Below are positions 8,469 through 16,524 of a DNA stretch of 20,312 nt, in pieces. The stretch comes from Gemmatimonadota bacterium. GTDB taxonomy: Bacteria; Gemmatimonadota; Gemmatimonadetes; Gemmatimonadales; GWC2-71-9. The translations under genes were made by a program, and so were the position numbers. Positions within the stretch are counted from its first letter, which is position 1. Each line of letters starts with the position of its first letter. The notes under the pieces are model-generated. The model saw nothing but the letters and a program-made list of their open reading frames with translations, made no database searches and had not been told where the DNA came from. The DNA is taken from contig JBDHKN010000100.1 in the NCBI GenBank assembly GCA_039586365.1, forward strand, positions 1 to 20,312. Reading direction: 5' to 3'.

Positions 8469-9838
8469 GTGCCTACCCGTTTGTATGGGCCGGAATGCGC
8501 CCCCGAGTACCTGGCTACCCGCTCAGCAACCTCGTGCACGACTGCCCGTCCCTCCTTTATCTCCCAGATAGAGACGATGGGGACAAACTTGGTGGCGATC
8601 ATGTACAGTAGGATGAACCCAGCGAGTGCCCCGGCCATGATCGACAGTTCCACCCACGATGGCATATAGCTACCGACGGACTCGATCTCCCAGATCGGAT
8701 TCACAGAGGTCGGCACCACAATGTTGTACCGCTCGAGCCACATGCCGATCACCACTGCGATTCCCGCGATCAGTGTTCCGCGGGGGTTGCGAGTTGCACT
8801 CCGTGACATCAGCGCCATGGGGATTACGAAGCACCCCAAGGTCATCGTCCAAAACGGTAAGGCGTACTGGCCCGTTATCTTGGACCAGAAGGTCCGCATC
8901 TCGGCCGGCTCCGCACCGTAGAACACCGTCAGGTGTTCTGCAAAAGTGAAGTAGAACCACAGACAGGCCATTATCAGCAGCATTCGGCCTAGGTAGTCGA
9001 AATGAACGTCCCTGAAGTATTCCTCCAGCCGATATACGCGCCGCAATACCACCATCGCGATCAGAATCGCGGCAATTCCAGAGTAGATCGCCCCGACGAC
9101 GAAATACGGTCCAAAGATGGTGCTGTGCCACATGGGCCGGAGTGTCATTGCAAAGATCCAGCCGATGATCGTGTGCACGGACACGGCGATGGGGATTACG
9201 ACGATGGCGAGAACCCGGATGACCCGCTCTAGGACCATGTGTTGGTACGGTGTGTCGCGGTAGCCCGCCGCCAGAAACCTGTAGAGCCGGGGTGCCTTGA
9301 TTCCTGAGTCTCGAATGATGGCCAGGTCCGGCAACATCGGGACGTACAGGTAGATCGTGCAGGAAGTAAAGTAGAGCCCGATACTGATCACGTCCCACAA
9401 GAGTGGCGACTGCGGCTGAGCGTGAAAGAGCACGTTGAGCACTCGGTCAGGGCGGCCGAGGTCGATGATTGGCTGGATGGCGCCAAAGCCGATGACCAGA
9501 ACGGTGATCAACTCTGCCGATCTGGTGATGGAGCGTCTCCATTCCGCCTGACTGACTCGGAGGATCGCCGAAATCAGCGTGCCAGCGTGACTGATCCCAA
9601 TGAAGAAGACGAAGCAGATAATGTAGATGCCCCAGTACCCGGGTCGATTCAATCCGGTGCGACCGAGGCCAAAGCGGACCTGTAGGTAGTAGGCAAACAG
9701 ACCCCAGAGCCCTACCACGACGAGGAGTCCTGCTGTCGCGTAGAAGGTGCGTGACGTCTCGACGAGCGGTCTCAAGAGCGCCCGTTCGTCGGTATCCATC
9801 CGATTGAGCTTTTCCGCCACCTCGCGACGCATTCTCAC
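8465..9838 (-). CDS. NrfD/PsrC-family integral membrane quinone-interacting subunit (ActC/QrcD-like)
   Basis: About 10 hydrophobic segments, with WGIYIICFVFFIGISHAGTLISAIL, DLGRP, SPLLWD, SVHT, WHSTIFGPYFVVGAIYSG and GMWLERY. Confidence 0.92.
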   Translation of the reverse strand: MRMRREVAEKLNRMDTDERALLRPLVETSRTFYATAGLLVVVGLWGLFAYYLQVRFGLGRTGLNRPGYWGIYIICFVFFIGISHAGTLISAILRVSQAEWRRSITRSAELITVLVIGFGAIQPIIDLGRPDRVLNVLFHAQPQSPLLWDVISIGLYFTSCTIYLYVPMLPDLAIIRDSGIKAPRLYRFLAAGYRDTPYQHMVLERVIRVLAIVVIPIAVSVHTIIGWIFAMTLRPMWHSTIFGPYFVVGAIYSGIAAILIAMVVLRRVYRLEEYFRDVHFDYLGRMLLIMACLWFYFTFAEHLTVFYGAEPAEMRTFWSKITGQYALPFWTMTLGCFVIPMALMSRSATRNPRGTLIAGIAVVIGMWLERYNIVVPTSVNPIWEIESVGSYMPSWVELSIMAGALAGFILLYMIATKFVPIVSIWEIKEGRAVVHEVAERVARYSGAHSGPYKRVGT

Positions 9839-10518
9839 CGCCTCCGCCGCAGGTAGTAGACCTTCGGCTGCGTTCCCAGGTCCTCCAATAGCCGCATCGC
9901 TCGCGGATCCTCCTTGAGTTCAGCTACGTGGTGGCTCGGGTTGTCCAGATCTCCGAACGCAATCGCGCCAGTTGGGCAGACCTCGGCGCACGCCGGCTGG
10001 TAATCTTCTTCGCGTAGCTGCCGGCCTTCGGCACGAGCGTTTTCACGGGCTCTCTGCAAGCGGTGGTGGCAGAATGTGCACTTCTCAATGACGCCTTTCG
10101 GTCGCACTGAAACGTCCGGATTTAGGTGCTGACGCTCGGACTCGGCCCACTCCGGCCCGTACCAGTTGAAGTACTTCGTTGTGTAGGGACAGGCGTTAGC
10201 GCAGTACCGGCACCCGATGCAGCGTGGATAGATCTGACCCACGATGCCTTCGTCGTCGATATAGGTTGCGCGCACAGGGCACACCCTGATGCACGGCGGA
10301 TTGTCGCAGTGCATGCAGGGACGTGGGTAAGAATCCATCTCGGTGGTGGGGAAATTACCCTCCACATGGGCCATGACCTTCATCCAGCTCATGGCTCGTC
10401 CCATCTCCGCCTGCTCCGGTGGGACCGTCGCTATGTTGTTCTCACTCTTGCACGACACTTCGCAGGCCGCACACCCCGTGCATCTGTCGAGATCAATCAC
10501 CATGCCCCAGCGCGTCAT
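9835..10518 (-). CDS. Four-cluster iron-sulfur subunit (NrfC/PsrB/QrcC/ActB2-like)
   Basis: MTRWGMVIDLDRCTGCAACEVSC, CMHCDNPPCIRVCP, CIGCRYCANACP and KCTFC...PACAEVCP give 16 Cys. Start moved to ATG 10518. Confidence 0.95.
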   Translation of the reverse strand: MTRWGMVIDLDRCTGCAACEVSCKSENNIATVPPEQAEMGRAMSWMKVMAHVEGNFPTTEMDSYPRPCMHCDNPPCIRVCPVRATYIDDEGIVGQIYPRCIGCRYCANACPYTTKYFNWYGPEWAESERQHLNPDVSVRPKGVIEKCTFCHHRLQRARENARAEGRQLREEDYQPACAEVCPTGAIAFGDLDNPSHHVAELKEDPRAMRLLEDLGTQPKVYYLRRRR

Positions 10519-10532
10519 CGGGTGTCGTCCGA

Positions 10533-12893
10533 TCAGGCTCGTTCGAGCCGCACGAAGGTGGAGGACCAGGAGGGTAGTCCAGTCAACGAGTCGAGCGAAC
10601 CGTCGAGCAATCGGAGTGGGTTCGCAGGTTCGCCGTTGGGATGTCGCAGTCCGTACGGCGCGCACACGTTCTCGGCCGCGGTACCTGGAAACACCTTGAG
10701 ACGCGCTCGATACCTACCTTGGAGCGAGACCACCCATACCATATCGTTGTCGTTGAATCCCATGGTCTGCGCTGTGACCGGAGACACCTCCACCCAGGGT
10801 ACCCAGAGAACGTCCGGGAAGAGCCCGGGCCGTTCGGCATGCCATCGCTCGAGCGCCAAGGTGCCGGACGAGAGAGTGGACACGCGATACGGCAACAGCC
10901 GCAAAGGAAACTCGTCCGGAGTAGCGTCGTCGTCGGATCCCACAACCAGATAGAGCTTTTGCCCCTCTTCCTGCGAGTTCAACGCACGCCGTAACACCGC
11001 GGGCATCAGATCGATCATACCGTCGGGCGTGCGAGCCATCCGACCCGGGTCGGTGTCGTCGTAGAGGACATCAGTCCAACCCCCACTTTTGACGAGATCT
11101 TCCCAAAAGGGCGCGAATTCATGGTGCTCCCTGAGCCACCAACCGCGTTGTTCCATCTCCCGATTGTACTGTCGCTCGAATTCACCGCCCAGAATCATGC
11201 CGTGGCCTGCTGAAAAGAGACCCCTCGCACGCACCTGCAGCAGCGCCTCGAAGTCCCGATACGGGAGGCTTCGAGCTACCGCGCCACCCAAGTTCTTTGC
11301 GAGAGCAAGGACAGCGTCGCCCGTGTGCATACTGTCCCCGGGCGCCTCTACGAGCGGTCGCGCCAACCCCCAAACCGGATACGGGTACGAAACGGGGGTA
11401 GGCGCATCCTGCCAGCGCTCATATGGCAACAGGTCTGGGAGAACCAGATCGGCGTGAAGCGCCGACTCGTCGAGAAATGGCGAGAAGCTGACAACGAATG
11501 GGATCTTCTCCAACGCTCGTGCCCAGAGCTCTGCTCGTGCTGATGAAGCCAGCGGGTTCGCGTAATACAGCATGAGAGCTTCCACTCCCGAGGTCTCCCC
11601 CTCAGCCACCGTTTCCGCAAAACGGCTGGCTTGGTCGCCGACACCGAACGGTGGCACTGGCGCAACGGGGGCACGTGCTATTCCGGCCCGGCTGGTGCCG
11701 TCCAAGGCTGGGTCGACTAGGGGATCGAGCGGTGGAGCACTGGCTACCAGTACGCCGCCAGGCCGGTTGACACTGCCCATCAGCACGTTGAGGCTGTGGA
11801 CGGCCAGACCGGCTCGAAGTCCGTTCCGTGACAGCATCACATCGGCACCACACACGCAGACCGGCGCACTGCTCTCCGCGACCGCCCGAGCCAACGACGT
11901 TATGCGCTCGACAGGGACACCCGTGATCGCCGAGACCTCCTCCGTTCGATAGTTGCGCATCACGAGCGATCGGTAACCTTCCTGAGATTGTCCGGACTCG
12001 TTTGCGAAATCCCCGAACCCGGACACATGCCGCGAGACGAATTCGACGTCGAACAGCTCGTCTCTGAGAAGCACGTAGGCTATGCCTAGGGCGAGCACAC
12101 CATGCGTGCCCGGCCTGATGCCAACCCACTCATGCGCGTGCGACGCGGTCCGCGAGAAGCGCGTGTCGATCTGGACGAAGCGGCTACTTCTCCTGCTGAC
12201 CACGCCTGGACTGGAAAAGCCAGCAAAGGCCTGGAGCGGAGACCACCACGACTCGAAGAGCGGGGCGCCGAACGACAGAACGTACTCGGCCCGTTCCAGG
12301 TCGTAGCTCGGACGCTGTTGAATCCCGTGCATGAGCCCCATGATCGCGTCGGTCCCATCCTGATAGTCGTCGAACACATAGTTGGGTGACCCGAACGATC
12401 GCAGAAACTGACGCCACAGATCCTCCATCGTCCCGGCGCAGTAGCCTGACAACACGGCCAATGCCTCGGGCCGGTCCTCCAAACGCAGCACCCGGAGACG
12501 CTCAGCGACCTGTGCGATGGCTTCCTCAAGCGGTATTGGCTGCCACCTACCGGCTCCGCGAGGGCCGACGCGAGCGAGCGGAGCTGCCAATCTCTCCGGG
12601 TGGTACAGTAGCTGGACGCCGGCAACGCCCCGCGGACAGACGCCTCCACGACTCATCGGGTGCAACGGGTTGCCAGTAATTCTTACGAGACGCCCATCCA
12701 CCAGTCTGCCACTGATTCCACACCGCGCTGGGCAGATCAGACATGTCGAGTTGATTCGGTCCTCGGTGCCGGGACTCCATCCCAACTCAGCGGATGAATC
12801 AGGCTCCCAAACGATCTCCGGCACCTGCCACAGCCCGTACGCCGTGGCGGCACCACCGACGGTCCACAGGAACTCCCGCCGAGTTGGTCTCAT
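10533..12893 (-). CDS. Tat-exported molybdopterin-oxidoreductase-fold subunit (QrcB/ActB1-like)
   Basis: Twin-arginine signal MRPTRREFL and N-terminal STCLICPARC...GGVCPRG cluster motif. Also YHPERL..PL.R, IRPGTHG.LALG, ITGVP.E.I, ADLVLPD..PYERW and a C-terminal double-psi-barrel segment (VEVSP.TA..MG...VWVVS..G). Start moved to ATG 12893. Confidence 0.9.
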   Translation of the reverse strand: MRPTRREFLWTVGGAATAYGLWQVPEIVWEPDSSAELGWSPGTEDRINSTCLICPARCGISGRLVDGRLVRITGNPLHPMSRGGVCPRGVAGVQLLYHPERLAAPLARVGPRGAGRWQPIPLEEAIAQVAERLRVLRLEDRPEALAVLSGYCAGTMEDLWRQFLRSFGSPNYVFDDYQDGTDAIMGLMHGIQQRPSYDLERAEYVLSFGAPLFESWWSPLQAFAGFSSPGVVSRRSSRFVQIDTRFSRTASHAHEWVGIRPGTHGVLALGIAYVLLRDELFDVEFVSRHVSGFGDFANESGQSQEGYRSLVMRNYRTEEVSAITGVPVERITSLARAVAESSAPVCVCGADVMLSRNGLRAGLAVHSLNVLMGSVNRPGGVLVASAPPLDPLVDPALDGTSRAGIARAPVAPVPPFGVGDQASRFAETVAEGETSGVEALMLYYANPLASSARAELWARALEKIPFVVSFSPFLDESALHADLVLPDLLPYERWQDAPTPVSYPYPVWGLARPLVEAPGDSMHTGDAVLALAKNLGGAVARSLPYRDFEALLQVRARGLFSAGHGMILGGEFERQYNREMEQRGWWLREHHEFAPFWEDLVKSGGWTDVLYDDTDPGRMARTPDGMIDLMPAVLRRALNSQEEGQKLYLVVGSDDDATPDEFPLRLLPYRVSTLSSGTLALERWHAERPGLFPDVLWVPWVEVSPVTAQTMGFNDNDMVWVVSLQGRYRARLKVFPGTAAENVCAPYGLRHPNGEPANPLRLLDGSLDSLTGLPSWSSTFVRLERA

Positions 12894-12909
12894 TGGCACG
12901 TGTTCGGCG

Positions 12910-13473
12910 CTATCGGTGGCAGGCATTGCAGTCCAGTGTTTGGCCTTGCTCACGGTGACAGTCCATACAGAACTCCATGGTGATCTCCAGTAGTGGCCGG
13001 TCGGGAGGACGTTCCGTCTCGGCAATTGCGCCGTGGCAGTTGTTACATTCGAGTTCGGCGATCCCTACATGGCGCCGATGCGTGTAAAACACATGCGATG
13101 ACAGACGAAACAGTTTGTTGAAGTGGAGCGGGTTCCCTGCGGCAATGAGCTCAGTCACCTTCGCCGCTTCCGCGGATGTGCCTTGCCGTGCCTGGTGGCA
13201 CATCGAGCAAGTCTCGACGTCCGGCAAGCCGGCATGGGCGCCTGCTCGCACGTATTTGTGGCAGAACTCGCAGGTTAGGCCGAGATCCTGGGTGTGCTTA
13301 CGGTGGTTGAAGGCCACAGGCTGTGGTATGGCAGGGTTGCGCCTGGCCGCAGCGGGCAAGGCAATTGCTGCCGAAACCAGGATCACAATCGCGACAGCCA
13401 CGTAGCGACGGTCCGCTGCGCCCGATTGCTGGCGCCAGCCGAGCTTCTCAAACAGCGACAAGTAGGGGGTCAC
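12910..13473 (-). CDS. Membrane-anchored pentaheme cytochrome c (QrcA/ActA-like)
   Basis: One N-terminal TM helix (YVAVAIVILVSAAIAL), then PQPVAFNHRKH, CEFCH, CSMCH, FYTHRRH, CNNCH, MEFCMDCH and CNACHR. Confidence 0.9.
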   Translation of the reverse strand: MTPYLSLFEKLGWRQQSGAADRRYVAVAIVILVSAAIALPAAARRNPAIPQPVAFNHRKHTQDLGLTCEFCHKYVRAGAHAGLPDVETCSMCHQARQGTSAEAAKVTELIAAGNPLHFNKLFRLSSHVFYTHRRHVGIAELECNNCHGAIAETERPPDRPLLEITMEFCMDCHREQGQTLDCNACHR

Positions 13474-13574
13474 GGAAAACCCGGGACTCGATGGATCGGC
13501 CTATGCATCTGAGACCCGGGCCGGCATCGAGCAAAGCCGACCCCTGTGGGGCAGGCAACCCTGTTCCCGTGCTC

Positions 13575-13952
13575 TTACCATTGGAGCTGTCTGGCCCGGT
13601 TCGCTCCGCTCTCCTGGCGCATCTCTCTGATGTACGAAACCAGGGCTTTGAGGTCGTCTGGCTGCAGTTGGGCCTCGAAGCCGGGCATCGTGCCCCGGCC
13701 CTTGGCGATGGCCTCGGTCAACTGGTCATCCGTGCGTGACTCCTGGAAAGTCACCGTGGTGAAGTCAGTCGGTTTTGGATCAAACGCGACAGCCGCAGGT
13801 CCGTTCCCTCCTCCTGTCGCTCCATGGCACATAGCGCAGTGCTGTTTGTAGACCGCAGCCGGATCATTGCCTGCCGACGTGAGAGCAGCCTCGCCAGCGA
13901 CCAAGAGAGCCAGGGCTAACATATTTCCGCCAACAAGGGCATACAGCTGCAT
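13575..13952 (-). CDS. Periplasmic monoheme class I cytochrome c
   Basis: GAGGAGG RBS before ATG 13952, signal peptide, YKQHCAMCHG, distal Met in GTMPGF, and LVSYIR terminal helix. Confidence 0.9.
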   Translation of the reverse strand: MQLYALVGGNMLALALLVAGEAALTSAGNDPAAVYKQHCAMCHGATGGGNGPAAVAFDPKPTDFTTVTFQESRTDDQLTEAIAKGRGTMPGFEAQLQPDDLKALVSYIREMRQESGANRARQLQW

Positions 13953-14013
13953 AACTGTCCTCCTCGACACTGTATTTGGTTTGGTGACCTGCCACTGCGA
14001 GCAACCTGCGGAA

Positions 14014-14029
14014 AGCAGGGGACGTGCCA
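14014..14029 (-). promoter_or_regulatory. sigma54 -24/-12 promoter for the cytochrome/Qrc-like operon
   Basis: The minus strand reads TGGCACGTCCCCTGCT, close to the TGGCACG-N4-TTGCW consensus, about 60 bp upstream of ATG 13952. A sigma54 activator is encoded nearby. Confidence 0.82.
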
Positions 14030-14104
14030 TTCACCACACACTCAACAACTGGTTGTGAGAAAAGAGATTAGGTCCTGCCGGCGCCACCCAGCCCTTGCGG
14101 CAGC

Positions 14105-14142
14105 TGGGTCACATACCCCATGCTTTTGGGGCATTCCACCGA
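14105..14142. promoter_or_regulatory. Putative tandem upstream activator (bEBP) binding sites, copy 2
   Basis: tgggtcacataccccatgcttttggggcattccaccga. The half TGGGGCATTCCACC matches TGGGGCATTTCACC at 5605 in 13/14 positions. Confidence 0.6.
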
Positions 14143-14309
14143 GTCAGGGGACCTGCCCTTCCAGTCCTAGGCCAGCAACTCAATGCAGTGCAGTCACTTA
14201 TCCTAGGGTCTCGATCTTGCGCATTCCTGCAGGGAGGGTGTCAACCGTCCTGGATGTGATGAGAGCTGGGGGTGCACCCCCGAGTCCGCCAAGCAGAGGT
14301 TCGGTGTCA

Positions 14310-14708
14310 GTGGTCAACAAGAAGATCCTACTTGTGGATGACGACCGTCTCGTTCTTGGCAGCGTAGCGGCAAAACTGGAGGCTGCGGGTTATCGCGTCT
14401 GGATGACGGATTCTGCCATCGAGGCGGTTGAGCTTGCAAAACAGGTGCAGCCCAACGTAGTGGTGACCGACCTGCGTATGCCGGCGATGGATGGGGTGGC
14501 CCTCCTCAGGCAGCTGAAGCGCTGTGCCAGGGGTGCGCCCCGGCTGTGCATCTACACTGCAGCACCGAGGCCTGACCAGTTCATCCAGCAAATGGAAGGT
14601 GTGCTCTGGATCTCCAAGACTACGGGGCATCGAGCGCTGCTCAGCGCACTTGAGGTTGGAACGACGAGCGTAGCGCGTCTATCCCCTGGCTCGGGCGGGG
14701 TGGCGTAG
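14310..14708 (+). CDS. Single-domain (CheY-like) response regulator
   Basis: KILLVDDD...PNVVVTDLRMPAMDGVALL...IYTA...ISK. GTG start at 14310 with GAGGT upstream; the longer ORF from 14055 overlaps the divergent regulatory region. Confidence 0.85.
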   Translation: MVNKKILLVDDDRLVLGSVAAKLEAAGYRVWMTDSAIEAVELAKQVQPNVVVTDLRMPAMDGVALLRQLKRCARGAPRLCIYTAAPRPDQFIQQMEGVLWISKTTGHRALLSALEVGTTSVARLSPGSGGVA

Positions 14709-14712
14709 CGCG

Positions 14713-16524
14713 ATGCCACGCAGTGGCCTCAGGCATCGGATCCTGCTGTGGTTCTTGGTGCTGTCACTAGCACCCCTGTTTGCGTCAAACACACTCGGGT
14801 ACCTCGTGACTCGCCGGATCATAGAAAACCAAGTATCACGGCATGTGGAAGCTCTTGCGGAGGTGGCGGCGCGTCATGTTACTACCGAGGTGGAGCAGCG
14901 CCAGCTTTACCTCGATGCCGTGGTCGCAGGCAACACCCTTCTCGTCGACGGCGTATCCCAGGCGGCTACGGCCGTGCGATCCGGTCGGCGACAAGTCGAA
15001 GTGGTCGCGCTCCTACACGAACATCTCGACAAGAAACTGGCGGAGCTCCGGCCGCTTTCGGAGCTATTTGTACTCGACACCGGGGGGCTGGTGATCGCGT
15101 CCACGAATCACGACCTACTCGGTACTGATTGGTCGGGTACCGAGATCTTTCGCCTCGGGCGTTCGGGTCGCTACTTCTCAGAGGACTTGGTGGCGCTGGG
15201 AGGAGTCGTGGGACCGGTATACCGACTTGCGACGCCGATTCGCGGTGAGAACGGGGACCCGGTGGCAGTGCTGGCTGGCACCGCCGGATTTGAGAGCGTG
15301 CAAGGCTTCCTACGTATTCCATCGGACCTGGCCGGAGACATTCGTACTTTCTTGACTGACAGCGGGGGTTATCCCCTGTTCGTGTCCCACCCACAGGCAG
15401 GCTTGGATTACGGGGCCAGGTTGACTTCACCGCTGTTGGAGCGGTCCGCCGGAGCCGTGATAATGTACTCGAATTACCTGGGCGTCCAGGTATTGGGTAC
15501 CTCGGTATCCATACCTGGCAGATCGTGGAGGTACATCGTTGAGGTGCCCGTAACGAGTGCCTTGGGACAACTTTATAGGCTTGCTCAACTAGCGCTACTG
15601 TTACAGGCAGCGTTCGCTCTCTTGCTCATAGCAACCGTATGGGTTGTTGCCCGGTCGATAGTCGCACCGGTTCACCACCTCGCCACCGCAGCTGAACGCA
15701 TCCGCAGCGGGGGACTGGGAGTCGAGGTGCAGATCGATCGCCGTGATGAGCTGGGGGAGCTGGGTCGGACGTTCAATCAAATGTCTCAAGAGCTTCAGGT
15801 GTCCGCACAGAGGATCCGTCAGCTCCACGATCAGGAGATGCGGCGGGCAGCGCAGCTGGCGTCGGTGGGCGAACTGGCATCTGGCATCGCGCACGAGATC
15901 AAGAACCCACTCGTTGGTGTATCGAGTGGAGTAGACCTGTTGGTCAAGGATCTGGATGACGACGCGAAGTCAAAGAACATCCTCAAGCAAATGCGCGCGC
16001 AACTCAGCCGAATCGATTCAGCGATAACCGATCTCCTGCGCTACGCGCGACCGAAGGCTCCCCGCTTGATGTGGACCGATCCAGGACTGCTGGTGGACAG
16101 GGTTATCGCGCTCATAAGCCACCAGGCAGACGCGACCGGAGTTCACGTCGAGAGGCATACGGATGGGTCGGTCGGCAAAGTCGAGATCGACCCCGAACTA
16201 ATGACTCAGGGTCTCGTAAACCTGGCTTTGAACGGGATACAGGCGATGGGACCCGGTGGGGTACTCACGCTATCCACGCGGCGCGTGAGTGGCGAGGTAC
16301 ACATCTCGGTATCCGATACCGGAACCGGGATTCTGGATGATCAGCTGGCGACGATCTTTCGACCGTTCTACACGACGAAACACCAAGGAACCGGACTCGG
16401 ATTGACGATCACGCGAGGAATCATGGAACGCCACGGAGGTCGACTCAAAGTCCAGACGGAGGTGGGGGTAGGGTCCACCTTCACCTTGGCCCTCTCGCCC
16501 CGTAAGGAGCCGACTGAATCATGA
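14713..16524 (+). CDS. Membrane sensor histidine kinase (extracytoplasmic Cache-like domain, HAMP, HisKA, HATPase)
   Basis: Two TM helices, HAMP RRDELGELGRTFNQM, H-box IAHEIKNPL, N-box NLALNGIQAM, DTGTG, IFRPFYTTK and GTGLGL. Confidence 0.95.
   Translation: MPRSGLRHRILLWFLVLSLAPLFASNTLGYLVTRRIIENQVSRHVEALAEVAARHVTTEVEQRQLYLDAVVAGNTLLVDGVSQAATAVRSGRRQVEVVALLHEHLDKKLAELRPLSELFVLDTGGLVIASTNHDLLGTDWSGTEIFRLGRSGRYFSEDLVALGGVVGPVYRLATPIRGENGDPVAVLAGTAGFESVQGFLRIPSDLAGDIRTFLTDSGGYPLFVSHPQAGLDYGARLTSPLLERSAGAVIMYSNYLGVQVLGTSVSIPGRSWRYIVEVPVTSALGQLYRLAQLALLLQAAFALLLIATVWVVARSIVAPVHHLATAAERIRSGGLGVEVQIDRRDELGELGRTFNQMSQELQVSAQRIRQLHDQEMRRAAQLASVGELASGIAHEIKNPLVGVSSGVDLLVKDLDDDAKSKNILKQMRAQLSRIDSAITDLLRYARPKAPRLMWTDPGLLVDRVIALISHQADATGVHVERHTDGSVGKVEIDPELMTQGLVNLALNGIQAMGPGGVLTLSTRRVSGEVHISVSDTGTGILDDQLATIFRPFYTTKHQGTGLGLTITRGIMERHGGRLKVQTEVGVGSTFTLALSPRKEPTES

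Noticed and set aside
10066..10080. CTFCH in the Fe-S subunit (and CMHC) as a heme-binding motif
   Set aside because: These Cys belong to the conserved NrfC/PsrB ferredoxin cluster pattern; not counted as heme.
13505..13570. Imperfect hairpins between the monoheme and pentaheme genes, and similar ones at 17885-17919
   Set aside because: Mismatched or short stems with no U-tract; not enough support for terminators or structured RNAs.
4420..13952. Calling the cluster a canonical ACIII (act) or an Mtr-type porin-cytochrome conduit, and assigning act/qrc gene symbols
   Set aside because: No actD/E/F and no beta-barrel porin or decaheme gene in the window; orthology cannot be fixed without a phylogeny.
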